In this document: positions 46,422-58,400 of the stretch, in pieces | How the letters are laid out: the number at the start of each line of letters is the position of its first letter | Numbering within the stretch: position 1 is the first letter of the stretch | NCBI GenBank assembly: GCA_977018835.1 | Contig: OZ361260.1 | Span: 186,001-250,000 of the forward strand | Source of the DNA: Minutocellus sp. GHC0000111 | Lineage: Eukaryota | DNA: 64,000 bases | Reading direction: 5' to 3' | Position numbers and translations under genes: made by a program | Notes under the pieces: generated by a model | Seen by the model: the letters and a program-made list of their open reading frames with translations, nothing else | Databases searched by the model: none | Told to the model about the DNA's origin: nothing

Positions 46422-48839
46422 GATTACAGAGTGATTCCACGAGACCGCCGACAAAATCGCCGTAAATTGGAAGGCACTAGGAAATTTTTTGTGCGATACT
46501 TTATGCAGCGCAAAAATGAACCCACTAAATGGCCTCTCTCAACACGGCGAAAGCAAGGAGAATTCATCTCCACAAGAAGGCCACCAAATGATGGTATAAC
46601 GATAAATAACTCCAAGCCAACCGATGTATACGCCAACTACATGCGTTAGGTGAGTATTGCATACTTGAAAGCAAACTCAATCGTACATCATGTGCTATTT
46701 TAGCAACATCTCCTCATGCCCAGAAATTTTCAATATTTTTTACCCTCAAAATGGCAAAGAATGATGGCTGATGCTTGTCTACATCCATTTCAATCCTCCC
46801 TGACCGGCATTACTTTCACTTGGGTAATGTTGGGAGCAAGTTTGCGCCAGAGGGTCGATATTGGGCCCCATCTTTGTATCATTGTGGCCGTCACCATGGA
46901 AAGCAAAAACATCTGAAAGTAGCAAATCCCCAACTACAACCCCCTTCAAGCCTCAACCACTGTTCCTTCACGCAATATCAGCACGCACGATGCTCATTCT
47001 ATATTACATCCATCGATCTCACGTGTTGGTTTGGCCGCTTTCTCCGGTTTCGTTCCTCTCGGGCGGCAGAAGCAATGAAGGTGAAATCTGGTGCCGACAT
47101 CAGACACGGGACTTTGGGAATAGTTTTCTCTATGAATTGTCAAGAAATGCCACCACCCCCCACTCAAATGCGCTTGGTATATATATGGGTGAAGCGTCGA
47201 CGGCTCAGTGCAACGGAAGTGGTGCATGGACCGCATAAAAGCATCCGGACCAACTTTCGGATGGGTGGTGTAATGGGGGTGGTAATGGCGCTGGGCCACA
47301 TTTCGCGGTACAGGCACGCACCGACGCACCGCTATCGCCCAAAAATCCCTTCCAGTAATATTCAGGAAGGCATCTAGGTGGTCAGAGTGTATGCGATGGC
47401 CGGGGTGGTGCTGTACATCGGGCGAACATGGTCGTGATGGAACGTCGGAAACTGTCGAAAAAATCGGGTCTAACGCGAACGAATTTTTCAAGGCTCAAAA
47501 AAGTAATTGCAAGTCTCCTGCTGCACCACAGTGTTGTGAAAGGCTATTACAAGGGTATGGTGCCCCGTAGTCTTGATTGTTCTCAATGGGAGGCACGTCG
47601 GCGACACATGTTGTGGCCCCATTCGTTGAACGAAATGGGTTTTGTTTCGTCATAAAGTTTGATGTATTTTTTCTTTCTTGAACGTGCCATTGTGTTGTAT
47701 TGCACTGACTCTAAATCGTACCGGTACTGGCGAGAGGGAGGAGGAGGAGGGGGGAGGAGGAGGAAGAAAGAGTTCGGATTCATTCCACCCCGTCTGGTCG
47801 CGTCGCGTCACTGAAGTTCCCTGGTTTCTGAATGAACCCTAAGCCTTCAACTCAGCCCTGATAGAAACACGTCGTCATTGTGAGCTTTGTGAACCAAGGG
47901 AGGTCCCTTGTGTGAACGGCCTGAAAACACCTCAACGACTGCTACTGATGACCTCAAATCGATGTCCCCGATTTCGCAATGGCCCAAGCATGCTCAGCCA
48001 TTGACTACGCGTATCTCTGCGTTCCCTTCTGTAGCCTAGTGTTTTGACTAAGCAGTGTTCCATTTGCTTCTACAGGGTACGCGGTAACTTTGGTATGGTG
48101 CACATACCATGATTTCGCAAAAAGCACCGATCGCAATCCTCTTGGCCCTTGCTGGGCTTTTCATGTTGGGAGGAGATAGCGACGTGATGCTGACCGGGGA
48201 AGGCAGTGGGCGAATCCTTCAGTCCGTTGACCTTGCCAGCAGAGTCGAATCCGCTGCAGGGAAGATGACACTGACCACTCCAGTGCTTCCCATCACCGGA
48301 CACGGACAAAGACATGCTGATTTTGTAAAGTTCCATCTGCGCTGCCTTACCTCCTTGGCATCACAGACAGCCGAAATATCTTCAATAGCCATCTATACCA
48401 CCGACGAGGCAGTGCTGAAGTACATCGACGACAAGAACCTTCCCCTCCAAGCCGTGATGATGAGTCCAACCGAAGAAAAAGATTTTGGCACCCTCGTTCG
48501 AAGGATGGGGGAGCTTTGGCCGGACGCGGCATCATATACTTTCATGAACGGCGATATCTGTCCATCAATATCAATTCTAGAGACCGTAAACCAATTCAAT
48601 GCAGCGAGCTGTCCTTCCGAGAAGGATGCCTACACGAGGTGGCGATTCGCAACCGAACGACTGTGCGATGGAATGTGTACTTGAACAGATTTGACGAACC
48701 TACTGCCCCAAAAGATGCCTTAGCTCATGTTGAGAAGACACACCTTCAGAAAAGGAACAGGTATGGTTTGAGGGGAGTTGATTTCTTCGCCTGGAACAGA
48801 GAGATGTACCACGAACATATTGTGCCGAACATGCCTAGC
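46422..48839 (-). repeat. Right arm of the ~2.4-kb inverted repeat
   Basis: Mirror ORFs identical to the left arm (e.g. 46775-47377 vs 42992-43594). Confidence 0.97.
48109..48839 (+). pseudogene. 3'-truncated copy of the glycosyltransferase-like gene
   Basis: Lacks the 22-bp duplication, carries a 5-bp insertion at ~48652-48656, and ends at the arm boundary. Confidence 0.85.
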
Positions 48840-49230
48840 CGAGAGGCTGCCCGTCAAGGTCCACGTCGTGTGATGTCATAAAGAAATAAAAATCGTCCAA
48901 CCAACCAAAAGTCACGCACGCTCATTTTCGAAGACAGAGTGTAGTGACCGCCGCCCAGAGACTGAGAAGTATCGACCGCCGCCACTCGAATAGCATGGAC
49001 ACATGCAACACATACGTTTCGGTCCATAATTATCCTACCCAAATTGTTTTCTTTGGCCCGTTGCTACCATTGCGTGTCCAGCTCATTGAAAGCAACGCAT
49101 AGCGCCCAAAACGCAGAGAGACCCCCAGAGAACATTCGGAAACTCAGCGGGTGGTAAAAGAGTTTCCACGAAATATAAGGCTGCTTCCACGCTTGGAGAG
49201 CACTTACTCTTGCCCTATTTGCAAGAGACT

Positions 49231-52200
49231 ATGGACGGCTTCTCCTGGATGGGATCACCCGTCGGTGGTGCTGGTGGATCTCAATCGCGACGGTCCAGCG
49301 ATGGGTTCGGAGGAGCAGGTTCCGGCGGCGGCGGCAGCGCAAATAACGTCGGGGCAGGAGGCGGCGCAAATAATGGCGGCAGTGGGCAGCAGCAACAACA
49401 GCAGCAGGGGAACCACTTTGGCAACTCGATGAATGCAGCTATGGGAGGTAGCTACGACCCTTTCGGGGCTATGCTTGATTTCACCGCCGGTGGGGTGGGG
49501 TTGGGAGGTGGGACCGGTGGTCTCGGCCTCGGTGCGCCCCAGGCCAATCCGTTCGGTGATCCGTTCGCCGCCACATCTCCAAATTTGTACGGCGGTGGCG
49601 CATCAGGACTCGGCGGCGGTGGTGGCAGCGGATATACGCAAATGCAACCATCTCAGCTGGGGGGCACGAGCACGGGCAATGGCATGAGTCTGGGCACGGG
49701 CGGGACTGGCTTCGATGATTTCGCGATGCTCTTCGGTCCTCCTGCTGGTACAACAACAGCAGGGGGTGGGATGGGCGGTGATCTTGGCGCCAGTGCCTAC
49801 CAGCAGCATCATACACAACATCGTCAGCAACTCATGCAGCAACAGCAACAATTGCTGGTGCAGCAACAAAAGCAACTCATACAGGCACAGAATCGAGCGC
49901 TGGCACAACAACAGCAGTCACGCCGAAGGAAAAGTCCGTCAGTACCGCAGCATCGGAGTCGATCGGGCCAGGGACAGCAGCGAGCCCCCTCCATCCTGGG
50001 CTCTGCATCGACGAAGCCCTCCTCCTCCCTCTTCGATCCCATCGACGTGTTTTCGTCCTCTCGTCCCTCTCAAAGGGCAAAGCCCAACACCGCCATCCTA
50101 TCCGCATCGAAATCGGCCACCCCCTTGCCAGTGGCCGAGCTGGGCGAGAATGACGATCTGCTCAATACCTTCACCATGCGAGTAGAAAACTTATCCGTCG
50201 AGGATATGACAGCCAAAGAGGTGTTGGACAAAATCAACACACGAACCGACGAGGTCATCACACTCTTCTTGCCATGTTGTGACTTTCTGGTTCTATGTCA
50301 ACAGGAATTACGGGCAGGACTGGCTGTGGCGACCAAGAAGCGCTACAACAGTCGAGGGGGGTATCAGAACAACATGACCAACAGACAATTTTACAACACA
50401 TATATTGCTAACCTGCCGAACAAATTTTTGCGACAAAATCAGCCCATCATGCCCACGGTTGCCATCCAATCGGCATTGAAGGGCGTGCAGAATCTTTGTG
50501 CCGATGCCAAGCGGGCCGAACGCAGTGGTTGTGAGGCCATGAAGGTAAGTTTTTCATCATTTCTGTGACGGATGCTTGGTCTTGATCTCCCTGGGACTCC
50601 TTCTGAGTATTTTTGGTCGCCATTACTAGTCTAGCTACGTAGTATCTCACGATGCTTGATGGTTCTCCGCTCTTCTTACTCTCCCCCGAATTTAGAACAC
50701 TTTTCTGGGTGGAATGCGCGAAGGACAATCCTGGGGACTTCGGAAATGGCTCAGCACGAACGGTGGCGCACTTGCTATCTGCAACGATCTGGAATTGATA
50801 ATGGGCGCATTGCGCAAACTAGACAAGTCGGCCCCATCGACAATTCGGTTGGCCGAAATTGTTCGGCCGAGGGCGCAGCTTGTATTCGATCGGCTCAAGG
50901 CCGACGTCCCGAAGGCATACCAGGAGCATAGCTCGGCGCATCCATATTTGCCCTTCTTTCACAGGCTCGAAGGTGTATTGAAGGGCCTTGCGACATTTGA
51001 TCCTACCGACGATGATGTAGTCTGTTTGGATGACTCCGACGATGAGGACGACATTAAACCAACCCCTGTCAAGTCCGAGTCCGGTGCTGGCATCGTTCCC
51101 ACTGGTGCTACTCCTGGTTTGGGCAGTAAACGGCCGTCTGTATCAGCCAAGTCTGACGATTCGTCCATGATGGATACGTCGACTTCCAAACGGATAAAGC
51201 GCGAGGAAAGCGACTTGTCGGGCTTTTCTGGGTTCAATCAGGCGTTTGGAAATGTGTTGGAAAAGTTGGCTGATGAAAGTGATACCGGAGGCACTGGTAC
51301 CTCTGGTCAAAGCAGCACACCGGTACAAAAGCAAGAGATTGAAACCATTGACCTGCTTGACTCGAGTGATGAAGAAGACGAGGTTGATAGTAAGCCGTCG
51401 GGTATACCTACTGGAGCTCCGACCGGAGAGTCGGCTGTTGAATCAAAACTACCTCCGACGGCTGCTAACATGCCCCAGGCGGCTTCACCAATTACTGCCT
51501 CAAAGGGCTGGCGCTGCCCGCAGTGCACCTACTTCAACGAAGCGAACGCTAAGAAATGTGCCATGTGTGAAGACGAGGACGATGATGAAGATTTTGACAG
51601 TGATGCCTTGCTTCAGGCTCTTATGAATGGCACATTTGCTAATGATGTCGGCCCGTCGGCGTCGGCGAACTCAACACTCGGTGGATCAGCAGCTGCAGCA
51701 GCTCAAGGTACCAATGCTGCTTTCCCCATATCACATACTGCCGACAGTCTTTCTACCAAATTAGATGCAATCATCACTGGCTTCGGATCAAATATGCACT
51801 ACATGCTGCGGCCGTGCGAGGTTGATACGACTTCCGAGCATTGGAATGCCGAGCACAATTATGTGTGGGCGCTCAAGTTTTTGAAGATGATTCTGCAGAG
51901 ACCTGAAAGTCGAAGCCTCATCAATCCAACAGATGAGACTGCTCTGTTCCTTGCCGGCCACCCGTCCTATTCCTCTGTCATTCGCCACCCAGTCTGCTTC
52001 GCTGATATCGTGGAAGCGCTTGCCACTCCCAAAACGAGAGGGTCACACCTATGGGGAGACGGCAAATTATCCAGCCTCCCGAAGTGCAATCTATGGGAGG
52101 GTAAAGATCTCCTCGAAGCTATCGATATGGTAATACTGAATGCCTTGGCATATTTTGGTGGCCGAGACAATAATAAAAAGGCGGTGGCCCAGAAGCTGCG

Positions 52201-52297
52201 CACCTATTTCTGGAAGACGCTGGATGAAAAGTGCGCACACAATAAATCCATCCTTCCAAAGCGCCGTAGGCCAAGTGACAAATTCATCAAGAAATGA
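49231..52297 (+). CDS. Gly/Gln-rich nuclear protein with a RanBP2-type zinc finger and a bromodomain-like C-terminus
   Basis: Two exons joined in frame (intron 50545-50695). WRCPQCTYFNEANAKKCAMC; HPSYSSVIRHPVCFADIVEAL...MVILNALAYF. Confidence 0.75.
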
Positions 52298-52548
52298 AGA
52301 CATGCACCTACTTTAAAATACACGTACTTAATTAACAAATGTACCCTATGTAGTCATCTTCATCTTCTTGGCCCGTGGCTTATTTTCTCCATCGTTACTG
52401 GTAGGGTATCGGTTCTTCGTAGTGATGACTCCGGGAGTCTCAATTCTTCAAATAAACGTTAAAAATAAACGTGAAAACCATATGTTGCGATGCAAAATGG
52501 CTTTTACTTTATTCCTACAGTATAGACATGTTGCCGTTGGGTTGCAAC

Positions 52549-53475
52549 TCAATTTTCTTCATCAGGCTTGCGATTGGAACCAAAGTACGATCGCTTTGGT
52601 TCACAATCTTTGAAGGGTCGACGGAACGCCCACCTAACATGGTGAGACAGGCGCCGAGTCATTTGATGAGCATTCTTGCCTACTTCATGACTGCAGGCGA
52701 AAATAAGACAGAGAAGGTAGTTCATTCCAGCGATACTCTCAACGATGATGACACTGGTAAAGAGGAGGAGGATATCGATCAAGCGAAAGGATTGGCCAAT
52801 GACGTAGGCGATGAAAAATGGAAGCCAAGAGAAGAGGCCCACGGGCGCGCACTTTGTGCAGACTCTATCGCACAGCCAGTACGATAGGTAGCAGTAGGCG
52901 GCACAAATCTCGATGGTAAAGGCCGACAACACAGCGGTCAGGGCAAGGGTGGCACCGATGACTAGATCAAGGAACCCACTGAAGGTCTTGCCAGATGACT
53001 TGGCATCATCAGTGCCACCTTCGAGATCGGGTGCACTAGGCGACACAGATACAGACGAGGCAGCGACCCTGCCCTTTTGGAAGTCCTCCTTTGCCTCTTC
53101 ATAGACCGTGAGCCAGGGATTTCCGGGGATCAGGAAGCGAGGGTCGATCTCCACACTGGCATTCTCGGGATGGAGCGTGGCAATCCAAGTCACGTAGGAG
53201 GCACTTCCTTGGTTGGACTGAAGGTACGAGTCGCAATGATTCCGAATGTCTGCTACACAAGCCTCCCTGGCCGCCGCTGCGGCAGCTCTGGCCTCTCTAT
53301 CAGACGGGTCGACACTGGTTGCCAGAGGTGTATCATCGTCGTCGCCGTTGACATTTGAGGTGACTGGAACGGCAACGGCGATGGGTGTCAAGCCCTCGGT
53401 GGCGTCATCTCCGAGAGAGGTAAAGTCCTCGGATTCGGACGTGTCACCATCGTTGGTAGCAGGTTTGTTTCTCAT
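52549..53475 (-). CDS. Hypothetical membrane protein
   Basis: 308-aa intact ORF with a YVTWIATLHPEN motif and C-terminal hydrophobic helices. Confidence 0.65.
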   Translation of the reverse strand: MRNKPATNDGDTSESEDFTSLGDDATEGLTPIAVAVPVTSNVNGDDDDTPLATSVDPSDREARAAAAAAREACVADIRNHCDSYLQSNQGSASYVTWIATLHPENASVEIDPRFLIPGNPWLTVYEEAKEDFQKGRVAASSVSVSPSAPDLEGGTDDAKSSGKTFSGFLDLVIGATLALTAVLSAFTIEICAAYCYLSYWLCDRVCTKCAPVGLFSWLPFFIAYVIGQSFRLIDILLLFTSVIIVESIAGMNYLLCLIFACSHEVGKNAHQMTRRLSHHVRWAFRRPFKDCEPKRSYFGSNRKPDEEN

Positions 53476-53820
53476 TCTTCCTACTAACTAGCCAGTGCAA
53501 GCATTCACACAGATGGTTGTGGAAGTCGGCCTCAATCAGGTGTGAGAGCAATAACTCAAAACGAATACGAGCCTTGTACCTTCCTTCCTGCTTCTCCCTG
53601 TTCGCACGAGTGAAAAGTAGCATGAAGTTCGTTGACTGACCGACGCGACTGCCCCCCGCTGTGCTCCCGGCACGGGGAGCTTTTTCCTCCTGGGGCGGTC
53701 TTTCCGTCGCTCAAGCGCGAGAACGGATCGAGGTTCATCCACTTCCTCCCTGCTACCGGCAGAAGGTACTAGGACCTAGTACATGTAGCCACCGACGTAT
53801 TGCTTGCCAAACTTATTGCA

Positions 53821-55116
53821 ATGAAGCTCGCCGCAAATCTTTCGATTGTCGCCATTGCTGCGTCCACATGCGACGTATCTGGCTTTGGCGTGGGCAATGA
53901 TGTGGTAAAACAGCCGGCGGTATCTCGGCCGTCTCTCACCTCTGCTGGTGGCCGACGTCATTGCTGGCAACCGTCCACCAAAACAACGTTGAACGAGAAT
54001 CTTGCGGCCTCTAGCACTGCCAATATTGCCTACAATAGTAAATCGCAACGGCAGAATTCGGCTCTTGATGCGTTGAAATCGAGCGCAGTCGCTGCCGCCG
54101 ACGCCGGTGGTGATGATCAGTCGTCATCATCGGAAGGCAACGCCGCCACTACCAAACTTCCCTTTCCAATTGTCCTTTGGCGCTTCACGAGGCCGCACAC
54201 TCTCATCGGGTCGGCCTTGGCCATACCGGCCCTCCACCTGCTGGCGGCGCCGGCCCTTGCCGATGCCTTCACGGTAACCAACGCCGTTGCCATGCTGTAT
54301 GCCATGATTCCCTCTCTGCTGATGAACTTGTACATTACCGGTCTGAACCAAATAACGGATGTGGAGATTGACAAAATCAACAAGCCCAATCTGCCCATTG
54401 CCGCCGGAGATCTGTCTCCCCGAACGGCAACCCTGGTCGTTCTGGTGGCACTGGCGGCTGCCTTGGGACTGGGGGTGGCCCACCCCACCTTCGGCACGGA
54501 GGGACTCAATGTCGCCTTGTGGGGTAGCGGCATCCTCGGTACCATGTACAGCCTGCCCCCGTTCCGGCTGAAGCGTTTCCCGCTCCTCGCGGCATTCTGC
54601 ATCGTGGCCGTTCGGGGGACCATCATCAATGCCTGTTTCTTCGCGCATGCCAAGGCGGCTGCGTATGGTGCCCAGGGTACCGCGGCGGCGTCGGTGATGA
54701 ATTGTCTTCTAACTGATCCTCGGTGCATGCTGTCAAGTCTCTTCTTTGGCATCTTTGGAATTGTCATTGCCCTCATGAAGGATGTTCCCGATGTGGCCGG
54801 GGACGAACTGTCCAACATTCGAAGCTTCTCGGTCCGAGTTGGGCAGGATCGCATATTCAAGGCCATGCGCCGGCTGCTCTGTGGACTGTTCGTTGCCTTC
54901 GGGGCGGGATTTGTACGTGGCGCGTTCCTCGCACCGACCAGATTCCTTGCAGGTTGCCGAGGTCTTGTGGGGATTGCTAGTTTGGCAGCCGGTTTATCGG
55001 TAAGAGATGAAGCCCAGGTGGTCAATCCCAAGGATAGTTCGGAGGTGTATGGCTACTATATGCATCTGTGGAAGCTGTTCTACCTCTCGTCCTTGGTCCT
55101 TCCGTTTGCTAGGTGA
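53821..55116 (+). CDS. Homogentisate phytyl/solanesyltransferase (UbiA family), plastid-targeted
   Basis: RFTRPHT, NQITDVEIDKINKP, YSLPPFRLKRFP, KDVPDVAGD, LWKLFY. Confidence 0.92.
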   Translation: MKLAANLSIVAIAASTCDVSGFGVGNDVVKQPAVSRPSLTSAGGRRHCWQPSTKTTLNENLAASSTANIAYNSKSQRQNSALDALKSSAVAAADAGGDDQSSSSEGNAATTKLPFPIVLWRFTRPHTLIGSALAIPALHLLAAPALADAFTVTNAVAMLYAMIPSLLMNLYITGLNQITDVEIDKINKPNLPIAAGDLSPRTATLVVLVALAAALGLGVAHPTFGTEGLNVALWGSGILGTMYSLPPFRLKRFPLLAAFCIVAVRGTIINACFFAHAKAAAYGAQGTAAASVMNCLLTDPRCMLSSLFFGIFGIVIALMKDVPDVAGDELSNIRSFSVRVGQDRIFKAMRRLLCGLFVAFGAGFVRGAFLAPTRFLAGCRGLVGIASLAAGLSVRDEAQVVNPKDSSEVYGYYMHLWKLFYLSSLVLPFAR

Positions 55117-55438
55117 TGAGGGATTCTAGGATAATAACTCAGTTGGCAAAGCTTGCCGCACCTTAAAATCCTTCCCTTGGTTATCGCATAGCCGAAGGGT
55201 TCCTGCTACGTACAATAATATGAGTAAATGCTGCCGTTTGTATATCTCTTCCCTAAAATGTCATTGCTACATGTCTGTTTCTTTTGTCTGTGTTGGTGCA
55301 TACTCTACGCGAGTTAATGCTTCTCTCGTCGTGGCACAAGCAGCGAGACTGAAGTTGCTACAAGCAGATTTAGTCTCACATTCCACAACGAAGTCGCAAT
55401 ATATATTGGCGGTCTGGCCATTCACTTTCCTGGTGGGT

Positions 55439-58400
55439 CTACCTGCGAGGCTTCCTGGTATCACATACGTCGCACTTGGTATGATCATCTGAGTTAACAA
55501 TGGTGCAGACCTTGCATCTCCAGCCAGCTGTCTCTTCTTCGGAATCATCGGAAGCTTCCACTTCCATTGCACCGTCGTTGGTCTCGGCGGCACCATTCTC
55601 TTCTCCCTCGGATTCCCCCTCCTCTTCATCTTCATCATCATCACTTTGATCATCCTCGTTATCCTCCTCCTCCTCACCATCGATCATTTGAACGTCATCA
55701 TCTCCTTCTCCGGGTATGCCCGAGCACCATTTTTCGAGCACCTGCTTGTGAGCGTCGGTGAGAGGGCCATGCTCTCCAAAGGATTCATCAAATTCATCGA
55801 CCTGACAGTCAAAACACACGGCCGATGTATCGCCGTTATCATTGTTCTTCCACAATGTAATGGCGGTTGGTGATAGATGAGGCAGTGACACGAGAAAGCT
55901 GGGTGAGGGGGATCGAGTTTTTACAAGTCCTTTGAGCAGGGCAATATGAAATAAATAAAGAGCACCAATAAAACCAAACAAACAGAAGCGTCCGTCACGT
56001 ACCACGCCTGGGACCTTCGCAACCATCGGCCTGACACAAGACGGGAGATGAACCAGTAATTTCCATGGCACTGAACAACTTGGAAATTACCCAGCCCCCG
56101 TCATCATCGTCAGAGTCTTCGTCAGAATCTTCGGAATCTTCGCCATCAGCAGCAGATTTCGTACTGGTCTTGGTCCTGGCCGACGGAGTCTCCATACCAG
56201 TGGCATCCTCATCCCCATCTGAATGAGTCTTCATCTTTTTGGCCCTTGGCTTCTTATCTCCATCGTCACTATCATCCGAATCCGAATCATCCGAGTCATT
56301 GGAATCTGATCCTGATCCACCGTTCTCTTCGAGCTGCTTCTGGAGCTCCTCCAGACGCTGCAATTCTTCCGCCGCCTGACGTTCCTCCTCCTCCTGTTGG
56401 CGCTGTTGGATTAGGGACCACGTGACCTCCAAACCAAAAACGAAGGAAACGGAATCAAATCCACGCATCGCCGCGCGAAAGACGGGATCATCGACGGTAT
56501 CGGTGCTGTAATGATGACTCCAGGAGCGCATGTTCTCCTCATCGGGCATACCCAGCTGTTCCTGGTAGTCCTCACCACGCTCGTTGTCAATGAGGGCACA
56601 CTTGCCTTCGTCGTCACCGGCAGCACAATCGGATGGACCAGAGTTCTCCTTACCGGTAGTCTCATCGTCGGGCTTCATATTCATCAGAACAGGCACAAGA
56701 GCGGTCCATTCGTCGACCCACCAGGCTTGGAGCCGTCTCGCAGCATCGGCAATATCTTGACCAGGTTCCCACACCTTCATCACATTGGAGAAGATGCGAT
56801 TGACGTCCTTGGAGAAGGCAGAAACGCTTTTGTAGCCACTGCCAGACTCGGCAGTCGCCTTCAGCTTATTGCCGATAGTTCCCAGGTCCATGGGCTGCTT
56901 CACCCTCTTTTCATACTCCTCGACCGTTGAGCCGTGCTCGTCGGCCTTCAATGGAGTAAGGAAGGAAGCTGCATCCTCGTGCTCGAGCATTCGGTCCAGC
57001 AGAGTTCGACATTGAGCCAATTTCTTCGGCAAAACCTTTTTCTCAATGGCCTCCTGGTCATCGGCAATAATGGCACATCGCTCGCACTTGAGTTTGTCGT
57101 GTGTATCAGATGGAGTACCAGTTCGGAGCTTGAATAGATTTCGGAGATCCTTGGTCGAGAGAGCGTTGACCTGCTCTTTGTCGTCAACTACAGACTGAAG
57201 ACCCTCCTTGGATAGCTGACGCTGAAAGATCTTCTCTTCGACGGTACCCGTGGCCAAAAAGCGGTAGGTGAAGCATCGCTTCTTCTGACCGTCACGCCAG
57301 CAACGTGCAGCAGCCTGCTTATCGACGGCAGGATTCCAATCGGGATCGAAGAGGACAAGTCGGTTACCTCCGATAAGGTTCAAACCACATCCACCGGCCT
57401 TGGAAGACAGGAGGAAGGCGACAAGACTGGAACCTGGATCGTTGAATTCGTCGACCATCTGTTGACGCTTCTTCATCGAGATGGAACCATCGAGACGGCA
57501 GAATCCCCAGCTGTTCTCGCGGCACATCCGACCGATCAGGTCGAGCGTCTGAGTGTAGTTACTAATGATGACGATCTTGTCGTTGCCGTTTCCAGGCTTG
57601 CGCATCTCACGCATGAGTCTCCAGAGGACGAACATTTTGCCTGACCACTCGGGATGGACAGGAGCATTGAAGCTGCGCCCACCACCAGCTCCGTCAAATG
57701 GGAGGAACTTGCTAACCCCGTCTGCACCGGGGGCTGCGCTGCTTTTCTCGTCCTCGGCGTAGCTAATCTTTTTGGCCTTGGCCCTGCGTCCTCCTCCGCC
57801 GCCAGTATTCTTGGAGTCTTAATCGGCGATAAGGCTCGGGTGGTTGCACAACTTCATGAGCATCTGGATGGAGCTGAGGCAGTTGACCTGCTTGCCATCG
57901 AGGACGTGTTGCATATCCTTGGAGCTGACGAGGTGCTGGTACATATTCTGTTGAATTTCGGTGAGGTTGCAGCATACAACTTGAACGAGCTTCGGAGGCA
58001 AATGCTGTGCATTCAATGTGTTCACACGGCGGAGGATGAACTCGTTGACGGTGGTACTCATTTCGTTCTGCACCTCCGTCATCTTGTTCTTTTGCCGTTC
58101 GGTGGCATCGGGCTCTCTACCACGGAGAATCGGGAAGAGGTAGTTCTTTCTGAATTCTTCCTGCGTTCCGAGGACGCCGGGATTGACTGGGATTGGAAGA
58201 TGATATGGAATTGGGGTGAAACGAAAATAATATTAGAGAGAGAAGTAGTATCCAGCTAGAGATCGATACGTAGATTCTAATCTTGCAAAGAGAGCAAAAC
58301 TTACTGAAATCAACCATGGCGAAGAATTCCTGCAGGTCATTCTGCATGGGAGTACCGGTCAGGAGTACGCGACGCTTGCATGGGAGTGAAAACAAGGCCT

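Noticed and set aside
41513..48839. Inverted arms as long TIRs of a MULE/foldback transposon
   Set aside because: No target-site duplication, no transposase, and the left arm runs seamlessly into the rest of a host-like gene.
54117..55031. Long antisense ORFs (also 4076-4858, 35949-36749, 59048-59710)
   Set aside because: Shadows of GC-rich codon usage in genuine genes on the opposite strand.
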